From: Lophium mytilinum
Lineage: Eukaryota
Assembly: GCA_010093605.1 (NCBI GenBank)
Contig: MU004200.1
Location: forward strand, 434,001 to 498,000
Length of the DNA stretch: 64,000 nucleotides
Direction of reading: 5' to 3'
The first letter of the stretch is position 1. Each line of letters begins with the position of its first letter. Under the pieces are notes generated by a model that saw only the letters and a program-made list of their open reading frames with translations, was not told the origin of the DNA and did no database searches. Positions 22,686 to 37,065 of this stretch are shown here, piece by piece. The position numbers and the translations under genes are program-made.

Positions 22686-25600
22686 ATGAGAATCCCCGCC
22701 GACATGCCTCTGCGCGCCTCTCCCTCCCACCACCGTGGCCACCACGCGGGCTCTGCTCCCACGCACGACACTGCTGGAGGAGCTGCTCAGTCGCCCGTCG
22801 AACCCGAGGAGCAGACGCTGGCCCTGCGCCCGCGCCCGTCGTCGTCCACCCAGGTGCCTCCGGTCAGAGGCCCCGCCCAGATGAACGGACACTCGTCCAC
22901 CATGACACAAGCCGCCAACGGCCCCGCAGCGACACCCCGTCCCCTCATGCTGCGTGCAAAGAGCGACTTTGGCCCTCGCCGCGACGAACTCGCGGAAACC
23001 GCCGACGACGAGGTTGCCAGCAGCGTCGACGGAGACTTCAAGATCAGACACGGCTGGGAGACGCAGCTCACCTCCGAGGAGTACAACAACCTCCTGACTT
23101 CTGTGAGTGCAGCGTGCTACAGTCTCACTCCTTCTTCACTGCTTGCAGGTCTAACAAGCCCCTACAGAGTTTCTTCATGTATTATACCGACAAGAAGCAC
23201 GAGACCGGAGGAAATCCGAGGGAGGATGAGGCCCACCCGCTCCAGGAATGGCGGATGCGCGACCGTCTCAAGACCGTCTCCGCCGTGCTGGCCTTGTGCT
23301 TAAACATTGGCGTTGACCCTCCCGACATCATCAAGACGAACCCTTGCGCCAAGGAGGAGTGCTGGATTGATCCGACCAATGTAGCTACGACCAACTCCGG
23401 GCATACTCCCATGAACCAGATTGGCAAGGCTCTGCAATCGCAGTACGAGCAGCTGAGCATGCGCACGCGTTACAAGCTGTGTCTGGACCCCACCGTCGAC
23501 GAGACTCGCCGATACTGCTCAACATTGCGCAGAAACGCCAGGAACGAGAGGGTTCTCTTCCACTACAACGGCCATGGAGTCCCCAAGCCCACCTCTTCTG
23601 GCGAAATCTGGGTCTTCAACCGCAACTACACTCAGTACATCCCCATATCTCTCTACGACCTCCAGAGCTGGATTGGCGCGCCGAGCCTCTTCGTCTACGA
23701 CTGCTCTGACGCTGGTTTGATCATCGCCAACTTCAACAAGTTCGCGGAGAAGCATCAGACCGAGTACGAGGAAGCGAGACTTCGAGATAACACTATTGAG
23801 CCGCAGGACTTCAGCGATTGTATACATCTTGCAGCGTGCCGTGAGAGGGAAACTCTTCCAACAAACCCCGACCTCCCCGCCGATGTATTTACCTCATGTC
23901 TTACCGATCCCATCGTCATGGCCGTCAGGTTTTTCATCCTCCAAAATCCCCTCCCAAGCAACATATCGATCCAAGATGCTTCCACTATTCCTGGCCGTGT
24001 GTCGGAGCGGCGGACGCCTGCTGGAGAGCTTAATTGGATCTTCACTGCCATTACCGATACCATTGCATGGAACTCTCTTTCGAAACCGTTGTTCAAGAAG
24101 CTTTTCCGTCAGGATCTGATGGTTGCTGCACTGTTTCGCAATTTCCTCCTTGCGCAGCGCATTATGAGGGTATATCATTGCAACCCAGTGTGCCATCCAG
24201 AGATCCCTCAGACCCACGATCACCCGCTGTGGAAGAGCTGGGATCTCGCGGTCGAGATGATCCTCGCCCAGCTCCCCGATCTCTATGCCGACCAGCGGGG
24301 CGAGAAGAAGTATGAGTACAAGCATTCAGAGTTCTTTTCCGAGCAATTGACCGCATTCGAAGTCTACCTAGGGCAGGGCGCCGTGGAACGCAAAATTCCC
24401 GAGCAACTGCCTATCGTCCTCCAGGTTTTGCTCAGCCAAGTTCACCGACTACGAGCGCTCATCCTTCTCTCCAAGTTCTTGGACCTAGGTCCTTGGGCTG
24501 TCAACTTAGCTCTTAGCATCGGCATATTCCCTTACGTCCTCAAGCTTCTACAGTCGCAAGCTGTTGAACTAAAACCCGTCATGGTGTTCATTTGGGCTCG
24601 CATTTTGGCAGTCGATCAATCTTGCCAGGCCGATCTTCTCAAGGACAATGGATACGCGTATTTCATCAGTATTCTAGCGCCATCCTCCGGCATCCCTATC
24701 GTGAACGCCAGCGAGCACCGAGCAATGTGCGCCTTCATTGTAGCCATGTTTTGCAAGGACTACCAATCAGGTCAACGCGTGTCCCTCAGCCCTGAGCTGG
24801 TAGAGAGCTGCCTCGAGCATCTCACCGACAAAGAAAACCCCTTGCTGAGGCAATGGTCATGCTTGTGCCTGGCTAAGTTGTGGGTTAACTATGCCGACGC
24901 CAAATGGACAGGCATCCGCTGCCTCGCGCATCAACGGCTATGCGAGCTTGTGTTAGACCCTGTCTCCGAAGTCAGGGCAGCAATGCTATATGCCCTTACC
25001 GCTTTCCTAGGTATCCCTGACGTTACAGCCCAAGTCGCTAGCATCGAGGAATCGATAGCGTCTTTGGTTCTTACCATGACGACTGATGGCAACAACATGG
25101 TTCGTAAAGAACTCTTGGTGTTCTTCTCGACCTTCGTCGTCAGGTACAAGGCCAAATTCATCGTCGCAGCATTTGAGCAACTTAGTGCCGAGGCTGAGAA
25201 GGAGCGCATGCATAGTGCATCAAAGAATGGGGACGGACTTCATCAATTGAATTACCGTGAGACCTCGAGTGGTCTTGACCATTCTGCATGCTCCAAGGAT
25301 ACCGTATTTTCCGCCATCTGGTTGGAGGTCCTTACGATGACCGTCGATCCACATCCCGAAGTTGCTCGGGACGCGAGTATTGTCGTCGATTATATCCTCA
25401 TCGCCCTTTTAGAATCTCCACTAGGTAGCGTCGCAGTACCGAAACTTGACGAAATCAAGAGGCGAAGCGGACATCGCCGGACCGTCCATCACAGGTCACG
25501 GGAGGTCGCCGCCGAACCCAAAATTTCTACACCCCCGACGCCCTCTAAACCGGATGGATATCTGTCTCTGATGGGCATTAAGCGTACAGCTAGCGTTGCT

Positions 25601-27091
25601 GCATCTTTGAAGAACCTCTGGGGCGGGTCAGAGTCCTCCACAGCTCTCAACAAGACACCTGCTCTTACGAGAGTGTCGACGGAACTACATCGCCCTCCGG
25701 AGGAAATGGATCGCTTGAATACACCCACCGGGTCTTATGACAACTCAACAGAGCCTAAGACGCGTGGCTTTGTGCCCCGGAATAATTCCTCAGAGGTCAA
25801 GCTACCTCTCAAGAGTAAATTCTACGAATGGTCCGTCGAGTACTTCCGGGAACCTCAAATGAAGGCCACTGAAGCAGATGAGCCCGGAAGCACGGATTAC
25901 AACAGTCGACTGTGGCGTCGCAACCGCAACGACAAAATCATCGCCGAGACCCAGCCGCTGAAGGACGTTGCTGGCAGTAGTCGCTGGGACAGGCCAAAGG
26001 GCTTTTTCAACAATGGCACCCAACCGAAGAAGATGTGCTTCCATCAGTTTGAAGACCACCTAATTGTCACAGACAATCTCGACAACGTCAATGTTTGGGA
26101 CTGGCAGCACCAGACCCGCCTCAACCGATTTTCGAACGGCAATCCCCAAGACTCAACGATCAGCGAGGTTCGGCTTATCAACGAGGACGACCAGGCCTTG
26201 CTCATGACCGGCTCTTCAGATGGGGTCATCCGAATCTTCAGGAATTACGATTCGAAGTCGAAAGTCGAGCTGGTGACTGCGTTCCGCGCGCTCACAGACC
26301 TCATCCCGAGCAATAAGAACGCCGGGCTTGTCTTCGATTGGCAGCAAGGCAAAGGGCAGGTGCTAGTCGCTGGTGATGTCAAAGTCATTCGAGTATGGAA
26401 TGCTGGCTCTGAGATTTGCTCGGCCGTAAGTGATATCTAAGTGACACTCAGATCGGAACTAATTCAATAACTAGGACATACCTGCTCGTTCTGGCTCTTG
26501 CATCACATCCTTGACATCCGATCAGGTCGAGGGCGAGATCTTCATCGCCGGCTATGGCGACGGTGCCGTACGCGTCTTTGACCAGCGTATCAAATCTACC
26601 AACGCTATGGTGAAAGTGTGGAAGGAGCACAAAAACTGGATCACCAATGTCCAGGTTCAGCGTGGTGGGCAGCGCGAACTGGTGAGCGGCTGCCGAAGTG
26701 GCGAAGTCAAGCTCTGGGATATCCGCATGGACCAGAGCATCAAGACCATCGAAGCCACCAAAGATACTTTACGAACCTTGAGCGTGCACGAACACGCTCC
26801 TGTCTTTGCTACGTAAGTTACTCGATCCTGTTATCGCTAACATTGTCCTAATCCATGAATAGTGGCACCGGTCGTCACCAGGTTAAGCTCTTCAACATCA
26901 ACACCGCGACCCAGCTCTCCTCCTTCGAACCCTACTCTAGCTTCTTGCACCAGAACCGCACCGCTGCTATCAACACAACTGCGTTCCACCCACATCGCAT
27001 GATGATTGCTGGCGCTGCGCTGCATGATACTCATATTAATATCTTTGCGTGCCAGGAGGAGAAGGCTGTGGTCAAGACGTGGGAGGGCTGA
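22686..27091 (+). CDS. KOG1: TORC1 subunit Raptor (KOG1/Mip1)
   Basis: RNC domain (WRMRDRLKTVSAVLALCLNIGVDPPD, LFHYNGHGVP), HEAT repeats (QLPIVLQVLLSQVHRLRAL) and a C-terminal WD40 region. Introns near 23103-23168, 26426-26474 and 26813-26862. Confidence 0.97.
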
Positions 27092-29297
27092 AGGGTATGA
27101 CATTTGCCCTTCCATTGCTTTCTTTCTTATTTTCTAGCCTGTTCTCCTTCAGAGGTTTGTATACCAGCCTTGGCTCTTTTGGCGTCTGGACGGGGTGCGA
27201 CACGAGGCGGCGCGAAGCGGCATCGACATTCGGCGTCGGCACGGCATTTGAATTGGGGTTTAGGAGCGTGGAATCTTGGCATGGGGAACACATGCATGAG
27301 CTTTGGGCGTCGTTTCGGGGACTAGCTAGCCTGGGTTACAGCCCTGGGAGCTTTTCGAGAGCTACGATATAGTGGAGCTTTAATTAGGGGGGTGGGTGAA
27401 GTAATAGGAGGGAGCGTGAACGAAGACTTTTCATATCTTCGCCTTTTGTTCCTCTCGTACGTATGAGTTCCGCGAGCCGTCTTGCAGTCTCAGCTGCCTC
27501 TACTCTACACCCATCTAACCCCATCACCCGATATCTGACTTTTTTCAACCCTGCCGGTCCAAGACCTCCCCCCCCACCACCAGAAACCCTCTCTCCGCTT
27601 GTCCCAGTACCTGGCTTTCAAGCTACTCCTCAGCCTTTTCCGCCTAATAGATACATAGCTCGCTCTCCGCGCGCGCTTCTAACCCCTGCTCCCTCCCTCC
27701 ACGTCCTCACCTCGCCTCCGCGCCTAACAGAAACATAGCTCGCTCTCAGCGTGCGCCTTCCTCCCCCTCCCTCCGCCTCTTCGCTCCTCCGCCGCTAATC
27801 TCTCTTCTTCCACTTTCCTTTCTTTCCAAGCGCCCGCGGAGTAAACTCCGGCCACACGCTTGCTCCCCGCAGCGCCTTACCGCTGAAGCTAGCCCCTCCT
27901 GCATATCGCGTATACGCAAGGGACTAGTGGGGTGCTTGCCGACGATCTCGCGGGGGAAAGAAGGAAATATGGGACCCCAGGAGCCAGAGGAGAGACGTAG
28001 AGGGGTTATAGTAGTTGTTTTTCCGGATGTGAAGAGGGGCCTACGAGACAAGAGCTTGATCGTCCTCAAATTTCGTTCGAGGATGGTAAGATAGGCAAGT
28101 TACGTAGGTGGCAGGAACGGGATGCGGGTGTAATGTAGTGGTGAGAGAAGAAGATGGATGGGCATTTTCATGGCACAAATTGTGTTTACCTCTAGCCAGT
28201 GCGGCATTGAACGTCCCCAATAGAGCTAGCAATCCTAAGCAGCAGCATCAGAGTATCACAGCACAGCATATCATCACAATCAGCAGCAGCAGCAAGAGCA
28301 CCCATCGCGCCAAGGAGAAACCCATGAATTAAGAAAGCAGCAAAAACTTTCTACCTCAGCCCCCCTTCCAACCACCCATCGGACCCCGGACCACACCAGC
28401 ATATTAAGTCCCAACCTCAACCCTCCTCGGGAGCGCCCCTAAAAATGCCCTCTCCGGTGAGTTTCCCAGTATCAGATACCGAGTGTGTATGTGATTGAAG
28501 CCGATGTGGCCCGACTCCGACCCCACCCACCACCAACTTCTACCGATCCGTCACGTCCAATCCTCCCCTCCATTCTCCGTCTCCACCAATCTTGCAATTT
28601 AGTCATGTCGTCCCCTGTAACTATGATCTGAAAACCTCCCCAGTCGCTGGCAGACCATGTCGTGAGTGAAAGCTGAAGGAAACGGTTGTGGTGGGGAAAA
28701 GAGAAATAACATCGGCAACGCAGCAAAAAAACAAAACAAGCAAATGGGGCAGGGGAGGGGGGAAAGTGATTAAGGTGAGTTGAGTTGAGTTGAGTTGAAA
28801 AACTGCAAGGCAAGAACAAGACCATGAGGTAATTTTCCATCTTCATGAAGAATATTGCGTCCCGTTTGAGCTTCTGTCGTCTTGAAATGAAGGTGCCAAT
28901 CAGACATGCTTGAGGTAACGTGATGTCTCTTTATCCATGCCCAGCGCCAAAGTAAGTGTCGAACTTTGAGCTGAGCTGAATTTCTGAAATCCCAGAGATG
29001 GTACCGTGCTGGATGATCCGGATGGTTGATCGTTGTCGAGTTCGGCAGCCTAAACAGCCGTCGTACCACGGTAACCATCGCGAGTCAAAGAGTAAAGTCG
29101 TGAGCCAGGTCCTATGAAAGCAATTTGACAAGTAGAACCCATGTGCTGGCCGAGGTTGGAGCAGTCAGCCGTCCTAAAAGGGTCCAAGGACGGCAATGCC
29201 GCGTTTCCCACAGGTGTACATGAGTACGGACGGCGCCATAGCAGCAGCCCGTTAAGAAAGATGTTGGAGAGATGCCCGATCGGAACAGCATCAAGAA

Positions 29298-30746
29298 TCA
29301 GTAGCCTCCGGATGCATACTGGTCCCCGCCACGCTTCGAGGAACGAAGTTGCCTATGAGTTGAAACCGGATTAGTAAGATCTGATTGCTATATCCCCCGC
29401 GCCAAGCGTCATCATCGAACACTAAACGCAGAGGAGAAGAGTCCCTTACAAGGATCAGATATTTCGAACTCACATTCCAGTGCCCTCTTGACGCGGATTG
29501 ACGGGACCCCGACGCTTATCGTTGACCGTACCAGTCGCAGGAGTACCGCCAGTGGCGGCATTGGTGGCGGCGGTGACATGACGGCCACGGCCAGTCTTGT
29601 CATCGGAGTCATCGACCTGGCCTTGGTTGGCAGCCTGGGCAATGGCCTGGGCGTTCTTCTGGTACTTGTAGACGGTCCAGTCGAAGACATAGTCGTACTG
29701 GAATCCCTCGCGAACAAAGAGGTCACGGAAGATCTTGCGGAGGTAGCTGTAGTCGGGCTTGTCGTCGAAGCGGAGCGAGCGGGTGTAGTTGAGGTAGATA
29801 GCGAACTCGTTGGGGAAGCCACGGCAGAGGACTTCGGTGGGCGTCGTCATCTTCTTCTCCATGATGCGGTCGTACTTCTGCTTCTTGGTGGCAGCCTTCA
29901 GGCCCTGCCAGGGGAGGGAGCCACGGCAAAAGTAGAGCATGACATATCCGAGAGACTCCATGTCGTCACGGCGAGATTGTTCTGAGAGAGTTAGCGGTTG
30001 TAGTGCAACGGAAGGAGACGGAACATACCGACACCCAAATGGGTGTTGATGCTGGCATAGCGGGCAGTGCCAGTCAAGTTCTTGTTCTCACGGTATGGGA
30101 TGTGGAAGTGGGTCTTCGGGTCGCGGTACTTCTTGGCCAGACCGAAATCGATCACGTTGACCTGGTTACCACGCTTTCCAATGCCCATGAGGAAGTTGTC
30201 CGGCTTGATATCACGATGGATGAAGGACTTGGCGTGAATGTACTCGATGCGGGAGATGAGCTGGTCGGCGAGCAGGAGCACCGTCTTCAGCGAGAATTTG
30301 CGATTGCAGAAGTTGAAAAGGTCCTCCAAGCTGGGCCCGAGGAGGTCCAAGACCATGGCATTGTAGTCACACTCGGTGCCGAACCAACGCACAAAGGGAA
30401 TGCCGACGCCGCCGGCCAGGGACTTGTAAACTCTGGCTTCATATTCGAGCTGGGGGTGCTTGGCCTTGACACTCTCAAGCTTGATAGCGATTTCCTCGCC
30501 GGAGATGATATTGGTACCTAGTAAAGGTTAGCAAGGCATAAGCCGACGATGGGCCGGTGAACATACCAAGGTAGATGTCACCGAAGCTGCCGCTGCCAAT
30601 CTTGCGGCCAATACGGTACTTATTGCCGACGCGGAGGTCCTACCATAACAGTCAGCGTGTGTTGTGGAAGGAGCATAGACTTTAAGAAAGGCTATGCCTC
30701 GTACTTGGGGTTCGGGAGCGGGGCGAGGGCGTACCATTGTCGTCAT
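29298..30746 (-). CDS. hhp1: Casein kinase I (delta/epsilon type; Hhp1/Hrr25/CK-1a)
   Basis: Reads [70 protein letters not shown] and LPWQGLKA. The last exon 29298-29352 encodes [17 protein letters not shown]. Confidence 0.96.
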
Positions 30747-33347
30747 GCTGGGCAAGAAGTCAACCTAAAGGAGGCTGTCCTGATGTGTAGCAGAGGCGTT
30801 GAGTGCGGGGTGGTGGGAGGCGGGTGGTTGAGTTTTGGTGTTTGGTGGAGCGGTTCAGCCTGGTTTTGATTCCGGTCAGTGAGGCTTTGCCAACAAGGCG
30901 GTGTGTCAGCCGGCGGATAGCCACGGGCAAACAGCGGACAGAGGAAGATGCTGGCAGAGGCAAAGGGGGTGGTGAAGTGGAGAGACTCGAGTGAGCACCG
31001 AAGGGCGTGAAAGTGAATGGGGGCAGGCAATCAGCTGGTCTGGGGACGTACAGGGCGTGGAGTGAGGTTGAGGCCCGACGAACGCGGCACGACGAGGCAG
31101 TGCAGGCGGGTCTGGGAACGGCTGGGACAGGGCGAGGCGGGGGCTGCACAGAGGTACAGGCAGACGGCCTCTTTTGTACGCTCTCGATGGGGAGTCTAGC
31201 GGTGGTGGGCGAGGTGGAGGAGAGAAGAGAGGAAGAGACGGGCAGATTGGCGTGCTGGCGGAGTAAGAAGAACCTTGGAACCAGCGCTCGGATCTCGGTC
31301 ACGTGCGCGCAGGGCCCTGGGCTGTAAAAATAGCGGCTTTACTGCCTCCCACCGCCCTCCTTGGCCCTCCCTACTCCTGCAGCGGTATGTACATAAACAC
31401 CAAGCTTGTTCCATCCAAGTCGTCGTGCTGAATCACGCTGCGACGGGCCCGTGCCGGCTGCTGTCACGTTCCCAGCGCGTCCAGCTGCCCGAAATGCCTC
31501 ACGGGTTTCAGACATCGTCCTCTCTCCGCAGTCACGTCTGCCCGCCCAGCTGACATGCCCTCCCCTTTATGCGGCCATATGTACCGCCGGCTGCTGTTGT
31601 TTATCTGCTGCTCGCCCGCATGACAGTCTGATTCGCACCAACTGCAATCTTGCTGTCCTGGGACCCCATTGCGGCATACGTACCTCCAGGGCTCCCACTG
31701 CGGCCACTCTTCAACTGCCAACCAGGGGATCATCAGTCGGTCCATGCAGTTGGACCGCGCCGAGGCCCCAGCAGTGACAGGCTGCATCAGGCCGGAATGG
31801 CAGGTCGACCTGCCTCTCTCCGCAGCCGGGCGTGTCTGCTGTCTGGGAGACGCAGGCAGAAAGCAGCATTTGTGGGCCCTGTTCGCCCTCTCGGACGGCA
31901 CCCAGCGCTTGATTAACCGCGCTCCCGCCCAGCCGGCACTCGGAAGATCTGCATGGCTGGTCGACGGGTGCTAGAACGTCCACTTAAGCTCACAGATGAC
32001 CTTGAGGATGGAAGACGCTTGCCCACTCTCTCCCGACCTTGCATCCATCAGCGTCCTCACCGCCACCGGCTGCTCTCCTGGGCAAGTGTATCGTGGGCCA
32101 GATCCATCATCCGATTCGGCCATGGACGAGAGGCCCATTGCTATATATTGCTCATTCCTAATACCCCGCACCCTGCCGCTGCCTTTTGCCTCTCTCACGT
32201 TGTCCGCTTCGCTTCCGTCTCACGAGTAGGTAGGTACCCATCAGGAGGCTGGCAATTGCGTGCAACATATGGGCCTCACAAATGGCTCGCTAGTCTTGCT
32301 TGGTTAGACCCGCCAGCTCTATCTAGCATTCCCAAAGACTCGTCGAGTTCTTTGTCCCACGTCTGCGTCTCCCCGTCCCAATCGTCCGCAACCGTTACAT
32401 CAAAAGCACGCTCCCGACGGGGGTCCCCGTGCTCGAGGCGAGCCACGGCCCTACACGTGTCGGCGGCCACAAGCCACACCGATCCACCCCCCAGAGTGGT
32501 ATTTCTTAACTCTACCTGTCACACTGTGTTCCGTGTTCGGGAAACGCGATGGCCAGCCTTGTCTCGGTGCATGTTGCAGACTATGTGGCCTAATCAGAGG
32601 CCGCAGTGGTGCCACTCGAGTTTCTGGAGCCGCGGTTGTGGAGCAATGTTCTGCAAGGTGCTGCTTCGGTTTGAGACTAATTTTAGAGTCAACCCTCTTC
32701 AGAGCTCCTCATATGTTCGTGTTTGGGTATGTCAGATGACGGGCCGTGCCGTTGATGCATTGTCAAACACTTGGCAGCTGGAGTGTCTTGTTTGGTTGAT
32801 ATGGGAACATTTAGGACTTATTGGCCCAAGCTATCACAAACGGTATCCATTCCCGGAAAGCTATACTGTTCATTACTATTTCATATCTAGCTCAGAGTAT
32901 AGCCCGTCAAATGGGGTTTACACTTGCTGCCAGTGCTTTTGACCTGGATCACAGAACGACAGTCTCTAAGTTGAGCATCCGACCACGGGGATGCTGGGTA
33001 CCAGATAGTTATCTTAGAGGTCCAGCTTTTCGACAGGAAGGGAGTTGAATATTGGGAAAACCCATCATACTTACGTCCTTACCTCTGCCAATGAGTTCTA
33101 CCGTGACTGTAGTGATAGCTACAAGCTCGTGATATAAAAGCATGATTTCGCTTGGAGTTGGTTAATTAGCAAAGCACACAAGATACCTCAGAGATAGCTC
33201 AATAGACCCAATGGGCATGACTTTAACTAGAGCGGCAAGATCTCCATTGTAATGACTTCTATACAGCTCCGCTCAAAATGCCCTTCTTAGCCCGCAAAGC
33301 TGTTGTACACCATGCCTCTCCATGACGCTTGATCCATCCCGCACTCT

Positions 33348-33844
33348 CTAGTGCGCCTCACTCGCACCACCCTTCGACTTCAATGCCGGGTTCCTTGGGT
33401 CGTTCGCGAACTCCTCGGCTAGAAAATACCATGTTAGCTTCCCATTCTGCTGAACCACCGGACGTGCGCATCCATCCCAGATGCTCTCAGGTGCATCTTG
33501 TAAATCGGCGGAGTGTAGTAAATAAGGGTAGACATACTGCCCGCCAGCACGTTCGCAAAGGAGTTGATGCCGTAGAGGACGACGACGCCTATGGTACCGC
33601 GTTAGCTCGATTCAAACCTCTCTCATCTGCCTCATCCTCCTCAAGCTCCCCGTCACACTCTGATTCTTCTTTTGAGCTGGGATCACGTACCGGCAATGTA
33701 AAAGGGAGCCATTGGCTTAGCTACACCCCACGAGCGTCAGTAAAGAGTCTTCCGAGGGCGCCGCGCGAGGGCATCCGCAGCGCCATTGCGGCGACGGGGC
33801 GACGTACCGATGGGCGCAGGGAACTTCTTGCCGAGGAGCGTCAT
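33348..33844 (-). CDS. ATP18: Mitochondrial ATP synthase subunit j (i/j)
   Basis: Four small exons give MTLLGKKFPAPI/..PMAPFYIAG/VVVLYGINSFANVLAG/TEEFANDPRNP..., typical of the ATP18 family. Confidence 0.9.
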
Positions 33845-34122
33845 GGTGCCGGTCGATTGAGAGGAGAGCTGATGTGTGGATGGGTTTTGCGGTGGGTGGG
33901 AGTTCGATGGCGTCGGGGAGCTTTGAAGAGGTTCGGGTTTCTGAGGCGCTCGGATGGGTTGCGGTGCCGCTTTAAGGGACGCCCGGGTGAAGCGCCGCTT
34001 TTGGGATTGGCCGGGTGGGATGTCAACAACACCAAATCGACGTCGCTGATTCACGTACACTTCGCAGAGATTTGGGGGTTATATTCGCGCGACGCGTAGA
34101 CAGAGACGGGGATAAGGCGATT

Positions 34123-34784
34123 ATGACTTCTTCTCTTGAAGGCTGTGTGGCTTCGCTACGTACCAGTATGCAACTGCTCGATTCTTCGATCTCTATCCTC
34201 GATTCTGGCGTCAATGACTTCCCAAGATTATCGAAGGTGCTGCAAACCACCCGGGTATGTTGCTATCTCCTAAACATCTCAAAAGACGTCTCTTCCTATA
34301 CCATAATCACTGAGGCTTTATTGACACCAAGTCTACAACTTTACTTCATTACTAACTTTCTACCCAGCACTTCGAACTCATCGCCGAACCAGACCTGCAC
34401 ACGGCCCAATCCGCCCTCCTCTCCGAAATCCGCCCCGAAGTCGAGTCCCTCCTCCAGCGCGTAGACAACCACCTTTCCAAACTCGAGCGCCGCGAAGACT
34501 CCCTGCAAAAGAAATCTCAACTCAACGAAGGCCGGTTGGAAGGCTTCAGACCCAGCAGCCGAACAAGCCATGTGCGGAAGAAGTCATTCAGGGCTGGGGG
34601 GAGGGACGGTGCAGTCGGAGGCAAGGAGGGGATGACGGCGCTCGAGGAATTGAAGTACAAGCAGCTCAAGCAGAAGAAGGAGAGGTTGAGCTATGCGGTT
34701 GATCGGTTGGAGTTGCAGGCGAAGCAGCGGGCGAGGCAGCTGAGGATGAGTATGGCGGCGCCGCAGCAGTTGTTGGATGATTGA
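34123..34784 (+). CDS. SPC19: DASH/Dam1 complex subunit Spc19
   Basis: Reads SSLEGCVASLRTSMQLLDSSISILDSGVNDFPRLSKVLQTTR|HFELIAEPDL...LKQKKERLSYAVDRLELQ. Intron at 34255-34367. Confidence 0.92.
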
Positions 34785-35658
34785 GGGGGATGTGAGTGAG
34801 GGGTGTTTGGTTTTGGGCTTTGGAGTTTGGAGGGTATACCCATTTTGCGAATCAGATGAGATCGGTTGGACAAGCTTGTTCGGAGTGCAGACTTTGGTTG
34901 AAGCGTCACTGTCTATGGTGAATGGGACACTATCAAAAGTCCGGGACGGCTGTAGTTCGCGTTCAACAACATTGGGGCCCAGTTGACTAGGAGCGTGCCA
35001 GCGAAGTCAAATAGAAGGTTGCCGGGTGTATCCATTCCAGCCTTCCGGATCTTATCAAACGTGTGACTCAATATCATAGAGCCCAGGTCTAAAGGGTTGT
35101 TGCCAAGCTTCATTGTTTTGACGCCATGGCCGGAGATGCGCGGCATCTGGTCCTATATAATAGGAGACTTGTAGTAGCTTTCACTGAATATCCTGAGCTT
35201 ATACAATAGTATCACCTAGCTAAATAGCACTCAAGTGAAGGTCGTAGCGTTTCTCTCAAACAATCGTGATTCCACATGAGCTTTAGCAAGCTTAAATTAG
35301 TAATGTCGTTCGAGCTCTACTCTAACCTAATCAACCTTACCATTCTTCACATCACGAAGCAACCAAAAGTCTCTCCAAAACTTAAACGCATCTCAGCAGT
35401 AACAACTCCATATAGTGTGAAGACAGTTTTAATCCATTCTGGGTGTACCACGGTACAGTAATCGAGTGTCCCAAGCGAGTCATTCTCACCCTGGTCAACC
35501 TCGGTCCATGCTACCCTGTGTCATCAGAGTCTCACTGTCTACGCCAGCTTCATCTCCTAGTTCTCTACTTAAGAAAGAATACTAAAAAAAAGTGTGAAAT
35601 CAAGTCTCTCTGATACGCTCATCCACATCTCATCGTCCCTTTTCTCGTTAAATCCATC

Positions 35659-36552
35659 ATGGCATCTGTAAAATCTCTCACTGAAGCTCCCCCAAGCAGC
35701 TCATGCGCGCTATCATACCCAGCTCCGTATGTTCTGCTCGTAACGATAAATCGCGAAAAAGCGATGAACGCGATCCCATTTGCTGGTCATTGGGAAATGC
35801 ACCAAATCTTCGAATGGTTCGACAAGGAACCGAATCTGCGAGTAGCTATCGTCACTGGTGCAGGGAAGAAGGCTTTCTGCGCAGGACAGGACCTCATTGA
35901 GCTTGGGAAACTTCGTTCAGCCTCAGAACAACCACCACCTGCTTTGATGACACACCCTCCAAGCGGGTTTGGCGGTATTAGTCGGCGGACGGGGAAGAAG
36001 CCTATCATTGCTGCAGTCAATGGATTCGCGTTTGGGGGCGGATTCGAGATCGTTTTGAACTGGTAAGGGCACAAGATGCAAGCGTTTGGAGTGGGTCTGA
36101 CGATTTACAGCGACATGGTGGTTGCATCACCTACAGCGTCATTTTCGCTCCCAGAAGCTCTGCGTGGAATATGGGCGGGTGCTGGTGGGCCTGCCAGACT
36201 CATTCGCAACGTCGGCCTCCCAGTTGCTAGCGAAATTGCACTCACGGGAGTACCTGTCAGTGCTAAGAGAGCTCTTGAGCTCAATCTCATCAACCGAATA
36301 TCACCTTCGCAAGACACGCTCATCGACGAGGCAGTGAAGCTTGCCAGCGGGGTTGCAGCTATATCACCGGACGCGGTTATCGTCACCCGCGCATCCTTGA
36401 GGGAAGCTTGGGAGACGTCTAGTGTGGAGCGAGCTACTCAAATAGTAGCCGACAGGTACAAAGACGGGCTTCTCGATGGCGACAATGCAAAAGAAGGGCT
36501 TGCGGCGTTTGCTCAGAAGCGGAAACCAAACTGGAAGCCATCCAAGTTGTAA
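35659..36552 (+). CDS. Enoyl-CoA hydratase/isomerase (crotonase) family protein
   Basis: Motifs AFCAGQDL, KPIIAAVNGFAFGGGFEI, FSLPEALRG and EGLAAFAQKRKPNW, ending in SKL (PTS1-like). Intron at 36063-36110. Confidence 0.93.
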
Positions 36553-37065
36553 AGAGTAATTCAATCAGCTTCTTTCTATCACTGACGACTGCTATGGCTT
36601 TAGGCAAGTCTTTTCCATCCGACCTTCAAGCTAATGCATCATCTGACTCAATTCCAGCAGTGGAACCGCAGCACCATGGATCATGTACGGGGAAAGAGGC
36701 GTTCTGTAGCTTCATGCTTCCCGAAATGGGATTCCGTACCGGCTTCCGTGCGGGTTTAACGCAGGATTTCGAGTTAAACCCACGAAGGGCACCGGTAAGA
36801 GTGCTAGCTGCGTATTCGCGTGGGTGATTGGCCTCAAGCGGCCGATCATGAGTCGTTTTCTCCGCATGCTCTGTTCCCCCCACCCCCGCCTTTTCTTACC
36901 CCAGGATCGGCCCATCGCCTCGGCACCTAGTTGGGCGCCTTCGTCCGCCATAATAGCCTACCACGGGTATGACGGACGTGTCGTCTTTTTGTAGTTTTCA
37001 ATTAGATTTTATTACTCGCTTTAGAGATTCAACTACCTCATACATACTGACTCTGTACTAACACT

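Noticed and set aside
21937..23051. 250-aa ORFs and the 22487 N-terminal extension of Raptor
   Set aside because: These are shadow ORFs from the GC-rich divergent promoter and antisense strand. Raptor is better modelled from ATG 22686 with an intron near 23103-23168.
30760..33050. ORFs including 31953-32942 (329 aa)
   Set aside because: No recognisable motifs and an Arg/Ser/Pro-rich shadow composition. They lie in the long CK1 upstream region.
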